A stretch of 64,000 nt of DNA from Fistulifera solaris (GCA_030295235.1 AP026139.1:558001-622000); one strand, 5' to 3'; shown: positions 33,759 through 48,671, numbered from the stretch's first letter. Made by a program: numbers and translations. Notes: generated by a model not told the origin, from the letters alone.

Positions 33759-35691
33759 ATGGCGAATCCTTTCGAACAGTTTGCTTGGCCGACGTCCCCG
33801 CCTCCTGCGGAACCCATGTACGCCGCACCGCAGCCACCGATGAATGGCTACGGAGCACCACCTCCGCAGCCATACGGCGCCTCTCCCTACGATGCTCCGC
33901 AACAGTACACTGCACCACCCACTCAACAACCATACGGTGCGCCACCGCAATCCTATGGGGCGTACGGAGCACCGCTTCCGCCGCAACCTTCTTACGGAGC
34001 GCCGTATGGACAGGCGCCCACTTATGAGCAACAACCTCCGACCTATGAGCAACCACCAACCGCGTACGGACAACAACCTCCGGAGCCGCCTGCTTATGAT
34101 GCCGGTAACCCTTTTGGCGCTCCTCCGGCTGCTGCTCCTCCAGTTGCTGCTGCTCCTCTGGCCCCGGCACCTCCAGTTTACGATTCTTCTCCTCCAGCGG
34201 TAGAACCCACCAATCCCTTTGCCCAGCCACCACAACACGCAGATGCTGCTGGGAATCCGTTTGGTGCTCCCGAAAGTCAACCTCCTGCTCCACCGGTAGC
34301 GGACCCGTGGGGTGCTGCACCTCAACAACCACCTGCTTCGTATCAGCAGCCCCCAAATCCTTACGGGGCTCCTCCTCCGCAACAACCCTACGGTGCGCCT
34401 CCGCAACCGTACGGGGCACCTTCATATGCAGAAACACCTGATAATTCTATGGGTGCTTTGGTTCCAGCGCAGCAGCAATCGAACCCTTATGCCGTCAATC
34501 CGTACGGTCAACAACTTCCCGCGTATGGAGCACCGGCCTATGGAGCACCGCCACAAGACCCTTACGGATACCCTCCTCAGCCATACGGTCAACCAGCTCC
34601 ACCGCCGCCGCCGCCTGCAGTAGATCCTTTCTCGGTATTTGAAAGTCAGGCAATCGTTCCGGCGGCCCCGCCTTCAGCTTATCCGGGCGCACCGCCGGCG
34701 CCGGTCGTTGCGGCTCCGGCGCCCGCGAGCAGCAGTGATGACGACTTTTGGGGAGGCTTTGGAGGAAATGCTGCTCCGCCATCGGCTTCCGAAGCACCAT
34801 CGGTGACCGAAACCAAAACTGGAGAGGATGGTTTGCCACCCGGTGGAGAGTGGTACGATGCCAAAATCTTCACACCCACTTTAGGTGTCATGTTTTTCAA
34901 GCCGCAGGAACTGACCGACTCGTTATTCTTGAATACGGACAAGGCCATTGTAGATGCTTTGGGGGAACGACCCGTGGTGGCATTTATTGTGGAAGGATCG
35001 TCGGCACGAGCGGCGGGAGTCGAATTGGGCCATGTTTTGTTGAAGGTGAACGGTGTGGACGTGAAAAACCCCAAAGATGCTTCGCGATTGATCAAAGAAG
35101 GCCCTCGACCACTTCCTTTGCTCTTTTATGTTCCCAATACCGATGTCGTGGTGGCCGAAGGAGAACACATGGTCAAATACGATACACGAGACACCATTGC
35201 GCCCAACAGTGCCAAGGAATGGAAACCGAAATACGTGGTGATTGGGGGTATTATCGCGCAACCGTGGATGATGAACATGTATCGTTCCAAGGTAAGTTGT
35301 GTTACAATGAAAAGGGCGCTCTTTTGACAACAAAGTATGGTCAACTTACTGTACTGCCTTTCTCGCTCAACAGTCGGAATATGATATCGCAGTTATTGAA
35401 ACACAAGCTCGTCGACCTGTATCCGTGAAAGTAAAACAATTTTCGTTGCAAGGTGCTCGCATTCAAAATGATTGGCAGGGTCCCCAAATGGTCAAGTACA
35501 AGAATAAGTTACAACCATGGAAATACATTGTTGTGCTTCCCGTGGCACGCAACCCGATCAAGATATCTTCACCGAATCTTTCGCAGCTCAAGCCCGTTCA
35601 TGAAGGTATTCGCCGAGTTTTGTTGGCTCAACAACGCAGTCGAGGAGATCGCGACGACCACGACCGTCAACAAGAACCGCATAGGTACTAA
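33759..35691 (+). CDS. Pro/Tyr/Gln-rich protein with NPF/DPW/DPF motifs, PDZ domain and PH-like C-terminus
   Basis: PDZ signature VEGSSARAAGVELGHVLLKVNG; EGEHMVK..WKPKYVVI PH-like strand pattern; intron 35292-35373. Confidence 0.8.
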
Positions 35692-36549
35692 ATGGGGTTG
35701 TTGCAAAGCTATACATCCGCCAAACGTCGGGCATTTGTTAGTCACAATTAAGGTCAAACTGTCATTATTTTTAGTAATCATGTCTTGGGGGGTCAACGGG
35801 ATCATCCTTCATGCTGCCTTTCAACAAGCTACTTTTGTTGATTCTCTATCGTGACTCAGGACCAAGATCCAGTCGTGAAGAGATTTCGTCTACACTTGTG
35901 TTTATAGTGAATTCTGAGTCGCACCATTGTGGAGGATTTTCGACGTCAATAGAGCCGAGGAATACATTGAACTGCTGCTTACCATACAGAGTGATCTTCC
36001 TCAAAACGCAAATGTATTAATAGTGTTCCATTGTATCTGTGGTGCTTACGGGAAAGACTAAACTAAACCTGAACTTATAAAATTGCTACGACCGTGAAAC
36101 TGAATTGCGATCAATTTCATTAACGTTTCAACATTACGGAATGCCATTACGAGGAATTCGGGTGTTATTGTTGTTGATGATTTTGCTGGATTGATAAACA
36201 AGAAACGGAGTACGTCATAGGCGTGAAAAATCAAATCGATTTTTCTATTAAGTGTATAAGGTGCTGGCTACTTTTCCGACTGAACTGAAATCCAGTCCTG
36301 GAATTTGGCGGTTCTCTTTTTGCCGCGTGGCAATTACATCTGGTGACCATAGTCGTTTTTGATCTGTAGGCTTGGCTGTGGAACCTCTTCGACTGGACGC
36401 TGGGTGAAGTTCATTCCATCGGAAACATCCCATTGTGATTAACGATTGTGATCCCTTCCCTTCATCACTGATACCAGGTACTGGTAGCATTCTTTATTCA
36501 ATTCCTCCATTCTAACTCCTTTTCCATTAACCTACACAATAAGAAAGAT

Positions 36550-38639
36550 ATGCTTGCTACAATACGATTCATTGCAATAGTAGCCTGGCATGCCATCCTT
36601 GTTACTTCATGGATACCCATAATGCAGCATCGACCGACGATTATCCTTTGTGCGTCCAACAATATGAATTCGGAAGAAGATCGCATGGGATTGAATGAAT
36701 TGCATACGTTATTACGAGACGCCGTTCTTCGAGAAGATTACATGGAAGCGGGGCGATTGTCGGATACGATGCTTGAACGATTGCACGGTTCTTCTCTCGA
36801 CAAGGAGGAACGCAAAGCACTCCGACGACGCATGTCGTGGCGAGGACTCGGCGCCGCACCGTGGCTCAGTGAACGATTGGATGCCTTGAATTATACCTTC
36901 CCCACTACAATACAAATTAACGCCATGGAAGGAGTGAATGCTATACTCAATAGCACGGCCGAAGAATTAGACGAATCGTCGTTGGAAGCGCGGATCGATC
37001 GGAATGGGGCTAAAGATATGGGAATTGTGGTCACGGGAACCACGGGATCGGGGAAGACTCTCTCGTATTTAGTTCCGCTGCTGAGTACACTGAGTGATTC
37101 GTTATTCACACGACAGAGAATTCGAGTGGGAGCGGAAGAAATGGTGGGAGACACGACAGGTGATTTACTCGATCGATTGGCGGTCGTCACTTCACCCGTC
37201 GTGCGGTCCAACAGTCGCAAACAAACACGACAAAAGGAGCCATTGCTGCGGGAGCATCGATCTCGACGTTAGGAAAAAGTGGAAAGGATGTCAAGAGTCC
37301 GTTGGCGCTCATTGTTGTCCCTACCAGGGAGTTGGGTGTGCAAACCGCCATGCTTCTTTACCAACTCATCGGGGGAGTTATTAAGGATGATCCCACACAA
37401 AGCTCCGGACGGGCCAACATGTTCAAGTATAAAGGTCCCAAGGGTATTCGAATAGGTTGTGTTTTGGATGACGAAGAGTCTTCCTTTGGCCTGAAGCTGC
37501 AAACCGATGTCGCTATTACTACGCCAAAATATTTGGGAAAACTGTTAGAGGACGGAGATATTCTTCCGTCCAAATTGAGAGTCGTTGTGTATGACGAAGC
37601 CGACTTGGCACTCGAAGAAACAGATGCCGCTGATTTGAGTAAACTGTTTGACGATGATCCCGAAGAGCGCGAGTACAGTCGTTTGGTGTTTTTGGTCGGT
37701 GCCAGCGTCACGGAATCGTTAGGGAGTTTGGCTATCAGTTCTCGGGTACTGCCGAAGGGGAAGAGTTGGATTGCGTCTGCCACAAATTATCGACCTCTCG
37801 AGTCGCAAGAAAGCGAAACCTTATCTGGATTGGTTGGGAAACAAACATCATCCTTGAAAGACCTCAATCTGTGTCTTTATCCGGGATTGAAGCACGAACG
37901 TGTGATACTCAAAAACGGCCGTGACCTGCTGGTTCTCGCGCGTCTTTTGCGCAAAGCACTCTATGACTACGAACAGTCGGTGGCATCACCCTCACCAGGG
38001 ATTACATTGCAACGTCCTCGAGTGGTCGTGTTCTTTCCCGACGAAGCTCAAGCACGGGCCGCCATAGAGCCACTCCGTGATGCCATGTGGGGAGATCATC
38101 GCCTCTGTGTACTTCTTCCCAAGTCTGGTGTCAATCCATTGACCATAATGGAGCAATTTAAAAGAACGAGACATCGGTGATGCTGGCGACGCCCAACTCG
38201 GTTCGCGGCTTGGATTTTCCCGCCTTAACACACGTGTATACGCTGTATTTGCCCATGGAAGACCCCCCGTGAGTACGTTCATTTGGCGGGTCGTGTGGGT
38301 CGTGTGGGACAACTTGGAACCGTGCAGGGAGATGGTGGTCACGTTATTTCCATACTGAAAGAAGAAGACGCCAATCAAATGGATTTACTGGCCAAGGAAC
38401 TCGGGTTTGATTTTACGGATGTCGATGCAAGTTCCGTGGAAGATATTGTTATTTTGAATGCGGAAGGAAAAGTAGACGAAACAATGTTTGATTTGGAAAA
38501 AACGAGACGATTCTTAGAAGATACGCTGACCCTAGTTGAAGAAGCAGAAGATCCAGTTGTTGATGTCGATGCGATTGATGCTACCCGACCACAATATGTT
38601 TACGACGACGAAGAAGAAGACGATGAAAAGGACGAATAA
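36550..38639 (+). CDS. DEAD-box-like SF2 helicase with N-terminal UVR-like motif, probably organelle-targeted (2 frameshifts)
   Basis: PTTIQ, GTTGSGKTLSY, VPTRELGVQ, YDEAD, RGLDF, YVHLAGRVGR; LRDAVLREDYMEAGRL. Confidence 0.85.
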
Positions 38640-38692
38640 AAAGGTATTCCTGTATTTAGTATGCTAATAGTTATATAGTATTTTTGCCACCT

Positions 38693-40348
<1,656 letters not shown>

Positions 40349-40829
40349 TTTGAAGGTATAGAGAGAACGTTTGTTAGATATCTGTCAACAATTACTTGCA
40401 ATAGGAAAATGCAATACGAATAATAGCTGTTGAGGACTGCATACGACGGCATCATCTTCATCATCATCATCATCATCATTCTTGTCGGTGCGCCTTTCGT
40501 CTCTCGTGGAGGGAACAGGTCGCGCATTCCTCGTAGTACTGCTTTTCGTCACTCTCTTGAAAGGAGTATATGGCTCTATAGATCTTTGCTCTCTCCGTCA
40601 ACGGAAACGCCGGCATCGCTCAAGAAAGACAAAAGATACCGCCAACGAATGAGATGGAGTCACGAACCAAACAAGATTCAATCCTCCCCTCCACCAAAAA
40701 AAATACGATGAGCATCATCGTTTTGAAAAAATAAAAAATAATAATGCACGTATGTACGATACGTCTCGCTCTCATTACAACGTCCATTTCTCATTTATTA
40801 TTATTTCTCGGAAACCATCCAAAAATATT

Positions 40830-42098
40830 ATGATGTTTGCTTCCTTCTCGACTCCCCCGTTTATTCTTAAACACCATGTCTTCACACTCCAACGACGAAC
40901 GTTCGCTACCAAAATATCGGCACTATCGTTGACGTCCAAAAAACGCCACGGCCACAAAATCACCATGGTCACGGCCTACGATTATCCATCGGCGATGCAT
41001 GTCGCCCGGGCCGGGATTGATATTGTGTTGGTGGGAGATTCTGTAGCCATGGTGGAACTAGGACATCCTACGACACAACCCATGACTCTCGAAGCCATGT
41101 TGCATCATTGTCAAGCCGTCCGACGGGGCGTTCAGCAAGCGAATAATAATAATCATAATAATGCCGAGCCATTGTTGGTGGGAGATATGCCGTTTGCGTC
41201 GTACGAATATGAGGATACAGATATTGCCTTACGGAATGCGTACCGTTTCATTCAAGAAGCGGGAATGGATGCGGTCAAGTTGGAGGTGAGTGAGTGAGTG
41301 AGTGAGTGAGTCGTTGCGTGCGTGCGTGCGTGAGATACACCTAGATAGATAGATAGAAGTTGCCAAGTGCGTGAGTGAGTGAGATACACCTAGATAGATA
41401 GATAGAAGTTGCCAAAAGTCCTTGTACATACAGCTGACACACTCGTTTGGCTCCAAAAGGGAGGCAGTGTGGCACGGGCACGTACCGCTCGTAAACTTGT
41501 CGAAGGAGGTGTCGCAGTTATGGGACATGTCGGATTGACACCGCAATCGATCAGTGTCTTGGGTGGATTCCGGGCCCAAGGTCGGACGGCCATACGAGCC
41601 CGAGCCGTCTTGGACGATGCCTTACGACTCCAAGACGCCGGATGCTTTGCCGTTGTCCTCGAATGTGTTCCATCCAATGTCGCAGCCGCCATTACCGAGT
41701 CATTGGAAATTCCGACCATTGGGATCGGCGCCGGTAATCACACGTCGGGACAAGTGTTGGTCTTTCACGATATGCTCGGCATGACCAGTCATCCGCATCA
41801 TGAACAATTTGTTCCCAAATTCTGTAAGCGGTATGCCCAATTGGGGCATATCATTCAAGAGGGATTGCAAGAATTCAAACGCGATGTGGAATCGGGGGCG
41901 TTTCCGAATGAAGAATATTCACCCTACCAAATGAAAGAGAACGAGCGACGTGACTTTGAAGCCCTGTTGGCGCAAGATCAAGAAGAGCGTGAAACACACC
42001 ATTTGGCGGCGGCAGAGAAATACATTCAAACGGACGAATACGAAAAGTTGCATTTATATGGAGGAGATGATGCAACCGAAACGGACACGAAAGAATAA
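40830..42098 (+). CDS. panB: 3-methyl-2-oxobutanoate hydroxymethyltransferase (mitochondrial presequence)
   Basis: TMVTAYD, LVGDS, GDMPF, AVKLE|GG (intron 41286-41459), GHVGLTPQ, IGIGAG, GQVLVFHD. Confidence 0.95.
41286..41415 (+). repeat. Intronic (GTGA)n, (GCGT)n, (AGAT)n microsatellites and a 37-bp duplication (41330-41366 / 41379-41415)
   Basis: gtgagatacacctagatagatagatagaagttgccaa occurs twice. Confidence 0.9.
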
Positions 42099-42381
42099 AT
42101 ACATAGACGCATTCGAGTGCAAAGACTAACGAGTGTTCCACATAAATTAGTGCTTGCATACTATCATAGAAGAGCTTCAAGAACACTTCTGTCGCTCGCT
42201 ATAGGAAATCCATTCATCCATCATTTCCCTCTTTTTTTAAAAATCCTCCTTCCTCTATAACAAACCTTCCACACCATCAACCCAACCACCGGATGTATAT
42301 CCTATTCCATCCAGCCGACCATTCTAAGATACACATCATCATCAACATCATCATCAGAAATCTCCCAATACTAGTCATTAT

Positions 42382-43097
42382 TTACGAGGAGGAGTTATCC
42401 TTCTTGTACGCAATGACCTGCTCAATACCGACGGCCGCCTGGACGGTGACCATGACCTGGCTTTCACCACCATTCCAAGCATTTCGGATTTCGTCGGCCA
42501 TGCCTTCGGGGAAAGTGGGTAGGTTGAGATCCGTCTTCTGGTTTCCGGCTTCATCCATCAATGTCATTTCACCTTCTTCACCAATATCAATGAGCTCCCA
42601 TTCGCTCTTGTTGACAATGGGAACGGTCGTACCGTGGGAAGAAGGAATCATATCTTCGTACTTCTTTCCCGTGAAAATGTCGGTGGCGGTGAAGTTGCAC
42701 TTGGCGTGTCCGTGCTTTCCAGTCTTGGAGACGGAGATGTTGAGGACTTTGCAGGGAAAACCTTTGATCATCATGTATCTAACGAAAGAAAGAGAGAGAA
42801 AGTGAGAGAGTGAGTGTAGAAGAAACAAGGATATTGAAAGTAAGGCGAATGATGTGTGCGATCCTTCCGAAATCGCATTGAGAGAGAGAGAGAGAATACC
42901 TCACTCCAGTTGCATTCCTATCGTTCTCGTATGAAACGAACACGTGAAGCAAGCATCGTTGTACGACAATAAAATACCACACGGTAGCAGCAGCGCAATC
43001 GAACGTACCCTCCCTTCTTAATCTGTCCAGCTTCCATGGGAATGGTAGCGGAAGCACCGGCATCGGCCGACTCAATGTGGTAATCGTCGTCAGACAT
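42382..43097 (-). CDS. EIF5A: Translation factor eIF5A, 2 exons
   Basis: MSDDDYHIESADAGASATIPM..KKGG, hypusine loop SKTGKHGHAK, DIFTGKKYED; intron about 42778-43007. Confidence 0.97.
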
Positions 43098-43588
43098 GGT
43101 AGCAAGAAGGAAGAAAAAAAAAGTCAAACGACGACGAAGGTGAATGAAATGATTAATAATAAGAAATGGTTTTGGAACGATGAACGGTCACCCGCACGCT
43201 AGCTAAGGAGTTGCCGCAACGGAATCAGACGAGTGTGGAGTGTGTGGAGGAGAGAAATCCTACAAATCAACATTCCTGTTAGACTATCGAATATACTGTA
43301 GGCACGCATTGGAGTCACGGTCTGTCTGTCTCCCAGGCTCATGACCTGCCAAGCAGCACCAACCATTGCATTGCTGATTATTCGTGAATGCAGGATTGAG
43401 TCTTGGGAATCGGAGTGCCACGTAACAACGTCTGTCTGTCATTGCGAGCAAACGTAGGTACCCACAAACCCATCGCAATCGTAAACGCAGAATAACAACA
43501 ATAATAAAGAATACCTTGGCAACAAGAGCAATAGCAAACGTGAATATAGGTAAAACAAAGTAACCAATCAGCTAGACTCCAGAAAATA

Positions 43589-43867
43589 ATGTCAATTTAC
43601 GAAGAAGTCGAAATTGAGGACATGTTCTTTGACGAAGAGCTGTTGGTGTACACGTATCCCTGTCCCTGTGGAGACAAATTCCGAATTACACTGGAAGAAC
43701 TGCACGAAGGAGAAGACATTGCCAAGTGTCCTTCTTGCACGTTGCGAATTATGGTGATTTATGAAGAGGCGGATCTTCCGGAATTGCCTGAGGATTATGA
43801 CGAAGAAGAAGAAGAAGAAACAAACGAAATCACCAAACAGATGCAATCCGTGTCGGTCAAGGGATAA
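43589..43867 (+). CDS. DPH3: Diphthamide biosynthesis protein 3 (CSL zinc finger, KTI11)
   Basis: [27 protein letters not shown]. Confidence 0.95.
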   Translation: MSIYEEVEIEDMFFDEELLVYTYPCPCGDKFRITLEELHEGEDIAKCPSCTLRIMVIYEEADLPELPEDYDEEEEEETNEITKQMQSVSVKG

Positions 43868-44314
43868 TGCAGACAATCGGAATGTCAGAACATCGAAGAA
43901 ATAGACAAAAATGGAACACGCAGGTACGTGGAAGCATGTTCGCTAACACACACGCTTGGCCAGCTAGCCGAGGTATGCCATCATCCACATACCCTGGCCC
44001 GTTCATTTCCGAGCCATACTGTTCGCGACCCGAAGATGACCTGAGGATAAGAGTCGAGGACTTCATCATCCTTACCTTTCCATCTTGTTGTCGCTGGGAT
44101 TGAATCACTAAAATGGTGATGGGTAACAGTCTCGTTAGTCGGTTTGCTACATTTTTTGTCAACGTATCTGACACTCCGTATCGTTCGTCGTGTACAGAGA
44201 GATGAAGCCACAAACTTTACAATTCAAATGCAGCAAATTAGAACTCAAACATTTGGGCGATGAAAAATCCCCTTTTTAAACAAAGACAGCTTCTATGCTC
44301 GAGCTCGGGGTCTC

Positions 44315-45286
44315 TCAAACGTCTCGATACGCATAATGTTCGGTGTCCATGTCCAAAGCCGATAGATCCAAATCAGCAGTAATAGCCTCGTGAGCCCAGA
44401 TGGTTTCACCCCAGCTCCTTAACTTTTTCAGTAATTTATAACCGTTGCGATCTAACAAACGACACAACTCATCGTCGGGTCTTTCAATCGTCAATAAATT
44501 GAATCGATACCGATCAAATGGAAATGTCGACATGACAAAAGATTCCGCTCCCTCCACATCCAGCGACAAATAATCCATGACCGAAGGCGCACGAAAGTAC
44601 TCCAGGATGTGCGCGAGTGTTACGGTATACCGCAACTGGTCTTCCCCAAAGGCACTCTGGACGGTATTGTCAAATCGTCGATCGACGATCCCTCCTTTCG
44701 GGGCTGCTCGATTCGGGAACCGGAAACGAACTTCTTCCATCATTTCTTTCCCAACGACGGCCGCAATGGTCGTACAACCGGGTCGATACGCCAGTCCAGC
44801 CCAGTAGACAGAATTTGCTTCCAGACACAAACCTTTCCAACCGTGATGTGTTTCTAACGCATAGGTATTCGAGATGCGGACCGCGTCATTCGAAGCCAAG
44901 TCGACGAAATAGCCGTTACGCTTCCCTCGGAGTAGTCGACTCACCAATTCGTCTTGTTGTACTTGTGAAAACCATTTTTTAGTAATTAAGGAGGTGGCAG
45001 GTAACTGGGTTACTTGATTCAGGTGAGTTGTATTGCCATAGAAAACGTGAATTGTATTCCATCCGGTTGTCGTATCCGCATTGATTGTGGTTGTTTTTGT
45101 TGATGGTTGTTGTATACAGCCCTGAGTTTGTTCGATTCGACGAATCTTTTGTGTTGAGACAGAGAATGAAGAAAGAAGAGTCGAAGCCATGCATCCCAAA
45201 CAAACACCCATGACGAGAAACGAAATGTTGTTTACAGAGATTCGACATCGTCGCTGTCGACGTATTGAAGCAGCTCGAAAAGTCAT
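44315..45286 (-). CDS. FkbM-family (Methyltransf_21) methyltransferase with type II membrane anchor
   Basis: SQVQQD, GYFVDLASND..ISNT, WKGLCLEAN, DYLSLDVEGAE, LLTIE. Confidence 0.88.
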   Translation of the reverse strand: MTFRAASIRRQRRCRISVNNISFLVMGVCLGCMASTLLSSFSVSTQKIRRIEQTQGCIQQPSTKTTTINADTTTGWNTIHVFYGNTTHLNQVTQLPATSLITKKWFSQVQQDELVSRLLRGKRNGYFVDLASNDAVRISNTYALETHHGWKGLCLEANSVYWAGLAYRPGCTTIAAVVGKEMMEEVRFRFPNRAAPKGGIVDRRFDNTVQSAFGEDQLRYTVTLAHILEYFRAPSVMDYLSLDVEGAESFVMSTFPFDRYRFNLLTIERPDDELCRLLDRNGYKLLKKLRSWGETIWAHEAITADLDLSALDMDTEHYAYRDV

Positions 45287-46015
45287 TCTGAACGTCTATT
45301 CACTCGTTCACAACTTTTCGTGTATTCAAGTGGAAAGCAGAACCTTCGCTGTTGAATTGCGAACTGCGATTACAGGAAAACGAGGTATGTTGTGGCCAGT
45401 GACACGCTGTACCAGGTACAAAGAAAGAAAATGAAATACTCCGGAGTAAAATAATAACGAAAAAAATGTTTTGTCATTGCCCGAAAAATTCAAATCAATC
45501 TCGGAGGATCGGGTTCAGAACCTGAGCGACAAGGACCAAGGCCTTTAATGACTATGATTGGAAGTGTTTAAGATTTTTCCAAGACTTGTCTTTTCAGCCA
45601 TGATCCAGAACATCGAAAACCGACAGCTCAATCAGTTTCAATTGCTCGCAGATGTCAAAAACGCAACCCATTTCCGGTCGAGATATATTATCTTATCAAG
45701 AATGAATCATTTGGCATGCAATGCTCGATGAACGGACGCCAAAAGCCTCCCGGATCGTTCTAAAGAGTATCATTATTTACGGTACCGGTACCGGTACCGT
45801 ACCTGGTACGGCGTTAAATTGCTGTCCGATTATCGCCAAGACTGGATTTTGAATCGTGAGTTTGTACAACATTGCTCGGATCTAGATAATCCTTGTACAG
45901 TTTAGAAAGGATCCTTTAACGTTGATTGTTCATACTTTGTAACTCGAAGCTACGCTCACCTAATAAAATTACCCTAGTATTCTTGACATTAGAGCCTTAT
46001 GTTTATTAAGTCTGT

Positions 46016-46996
46016 TTAAAGCGTCACAACCGTTCCACCAGTGCCACTTCCCATACCATCGGCACCGCCACCAAGAACTTCTTTCAATAAGGCATGAGGA
46101 ACTCGTCCATCAGTAATGAAAGCGCCTTGTACACCCAGCTCAACTGCACTCGTGGCAAAAGATACCTTGGGAATCATGCCTCCTGTAATGGTCTCATCCG
46201 CAATCAGATCCTGAATTTCGGCAATACTCAATTTGGGGAACAGTTCCTTGTCCTTGTTGAGCACTCCAGCAATATCCGTCAAAAAGAGAACACGAGCAGC
46301 TTTGATTTCTCCCGCAATACGACCCGCAGCAACGTCTGCGTTGACATTGTAGGCGGTGTCGTCCCCCGGAAGGCCCGTGCCGATCGGACTGACGACTGGG
46401 CAAATACCACAATCCAACAGTTGCCTTAAAGTCGCCGTATTGACAACTTCGACTCTTCCCACATTCCCTAAATCATAACCATCCTTATTGATTTCTTTGA
46501 CACACTGCAGGATGCGGTCGTCACGTCCGGACACCCCGATCGCTCGCCCACCGGCGGCACAAATTTTGGAAGAGATTTCCTTGTTGACAGCCCCACACAA
46601 GACCATCTCGGCCACATCGACGACTTCGGGAGAACTAACGCGCATTCCGCCTTCAAAACGCGACTCGACACCAACTTTTTCCAACATTTGGTTGATTTGC
46701 GGACCTCCACCGTGCACCACAATGACGCGGATGCCCAAATTCTGCAATGCCGCGACATCTTGACAGAACATGGTCTTGAGTTCGGCCGATGTCATGGCAT
46801 TACCACCGTATTTTACCACAATGGTCTTTCCTCGTAACGAAGAGGCGGCTCCGGCAATGGTCAAGGCGGCATCGGCGAACGTGCTTTCTTCAGCGAAAAG
46901 GGATGTCGTGCGTCCAGCAGCAAGACGAGGAGTCACAAAGGCCAGCGTTCCTTGTGCGAGAGCGGTGAATACTGCTACTACTCGAACAATCTTCAT
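46016..46996 (-). CDS. argB: Plastid N-acetylglutamate kinase
   Basis: TLAFVTP bipartite signal; VVKYGGNAM, VHGGGPQI, YNVNAD, LTDIAGV, GGMIPK. Confidence 0.95.
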   Translation of the reverse strand: MKIVRVVAVFTALAQGTLAFVTPRLAAGRTTSLFAEESTFADAALTIAGAASSLRGKTIVVKYGGNAMTSAELKTMFCQDVAALQNLGIRVIVVHGGGPQINQMLEKVGVESRFEGGMRVSSPEVVDVAEMVLCGAVNKEISSKICAAGGRAIGVSGRDDRILQCVKEINKDGYDLGNVGRVEVVNTATLRQLLDCGICPVVSPIGTGLPGDDTAYNVNADVAAGRIAGEIKAARVLFLTDIAGVLNKDKELFPKLSIAEIQDLIADETITGGMIPKVSFATSAVELGVQGAFITDGRVPHALLKEVLGGGADGMGSGTGGTVVTL

Positions 46997-47365
46997 TGTG
47001 AATTTTGTTCTCTCAAGTTTTCGGCGTTTTTTTTTCAAAATGAAACAAACAAAAATGGCATCCAAAAAAAGGGAATGTTTTCTTTGTTTTCTTGATGTCT
47101 CTTGGTTGCCGTGGATTGCAGTTGCACGCGATCTTTTTCTTGGCTACTTTGTATCCGATTATTCATTCATATGTGTCGGACAGGTATTTGCATACCGTCT
47201 GGCCTCCTCACGGTAGAAATCGGACACCGGAACCAACAAAAAAAAACATAAGTTGTTTCTTTCTTCGTTCTTTCTTTTCACGGAAGGATCCCATATATAT
47301 GGACCATTCCATCCACCAAAGGATCGTCACGAGAATCATCATCTCCCATTGCTTAATAAACAAAA

Positions 47366-48671
47366 ATGGCAAGAAAGAATAAAAAGGAGCGCCCCGAGGC
47401 AAAGAAACCATTGATTACAATGGAGGATTTGGAAGAAATGTCCGGTGATGAATTGCCTCCGGAAGATGAATGGGATGAAGAGGCGAAAGCCTTGAAAGAA
47501 GCCATATTGGGAGGTGCTTATGATCATCTTTTGAAACGAGAAGACGGTGGTGATGAAGATGATGAATCAATTGAGGAAATTGAAGTTAATTCCACCGATG
47601 AAGACAGCGAGAACGATGGCGAAATCGACAACAAAGAAAGTAAAGGCAATAAAGTCGTCGAGGAAGAGTCTCAAAGCCATTCTTCGGAAGAAGCATCCGA
47701 ATCAGAAGTTGAAGAGGTGGACGAAGAAGAGCACGATGAACACGACGACGACGACAGCAACAACAACGACGACGACGACGATGAAGCATCTTCCGATGAG
47801 GAGGACAGCGGTAACGACAGCAACAACGAAGAATCCGATGTCCACCATTCCTCGAACCAACAGAGTGGGTCAAAAGCCCTCCATATTATCACTAATCAGC
47901 TCATAGCAGAGAAGTCAGGCTGGCCATGGGCGGAGACGTTCGCTGTTGTTGCGCCAACGCCACTCCCTTTCAATGTCGAAGGCGAAGATCACGTGGATAT
48001 TCATGATGATCTTAAGCGAGAGGTCGCCTTTATGATATGGCATTGGCATCCGTATTTCAAGCTCGTGAGCAATGTAAGAAAGCAGGCATTCCGATAAGTC
48101 GTCCCGCCGACTTTTTCGCAGAAATGGTCAAATCGGATGGTGAGTGAATGATGAATGTGTTGGTTTACTCTTTGGTGCTCTCTTGGTTCCTCACACACGT
48201 CTTGTACTAACAGAACACATGGCTCGAGTCAAGGACCGTCTCATTTTTGAAACCAAGAAGATTGATGCTGTCAATCAAAGAAAATCAAACAAGGAACACA
48301 AATTGCGCAGCAAGGAAGCTCAGGCCAACAAACTTGCCGAAAAAGCCAAAAGGAAGAAGGATCATTTCAAGGCTGTTGAGGAATGGGCGAACTCGGCCGA
48401 ACGAGGTCAGGACAATCGTCTCATGGATGCATTGAACGGAAAGAAGGGACCCAACAAGAAACGTCAACTCGCCGACAAGAAGTACGGCTTTGGCGGCAAG
48501 CGAGGACGATTCAAACAGAACGATCCAAAGTCAATGAACGACATGTCGGGATACAACCCGAGGGGTAACTTTTCGGGAGGGATGAAGAAAACCAGCAAAA
48601 GTTCCAACGCCGGCGCTGGACGAAAGGGAAAGCGCGCACGAGATGCTAGTAGGTCACGCCAGAGAAACTGA
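47366..48671 (+). CDS. EBP2: rRNA-processing protein EBP2
   Basis: Acidic N-terminus, WPWAET, IHDDLKREVAF, RPADFFAEMVKSD|EHMARVK, KKYGFGGKRG; intron about 48140-48213; frameshift near 48030. Confidence 0.92.

Noticed and set aside
43905..44190. Intron-containing U6 or SRP RNA on the minus strand (aacgatacggag, gttccattttt)
   Set aside because: The invariant ACAGAGA box and the SRP helix-8 consensus are not matched.
45779..45811. GGTACC tandem palindrome
   Set aside because: Short low-complexity intergenic repeat with no other support.
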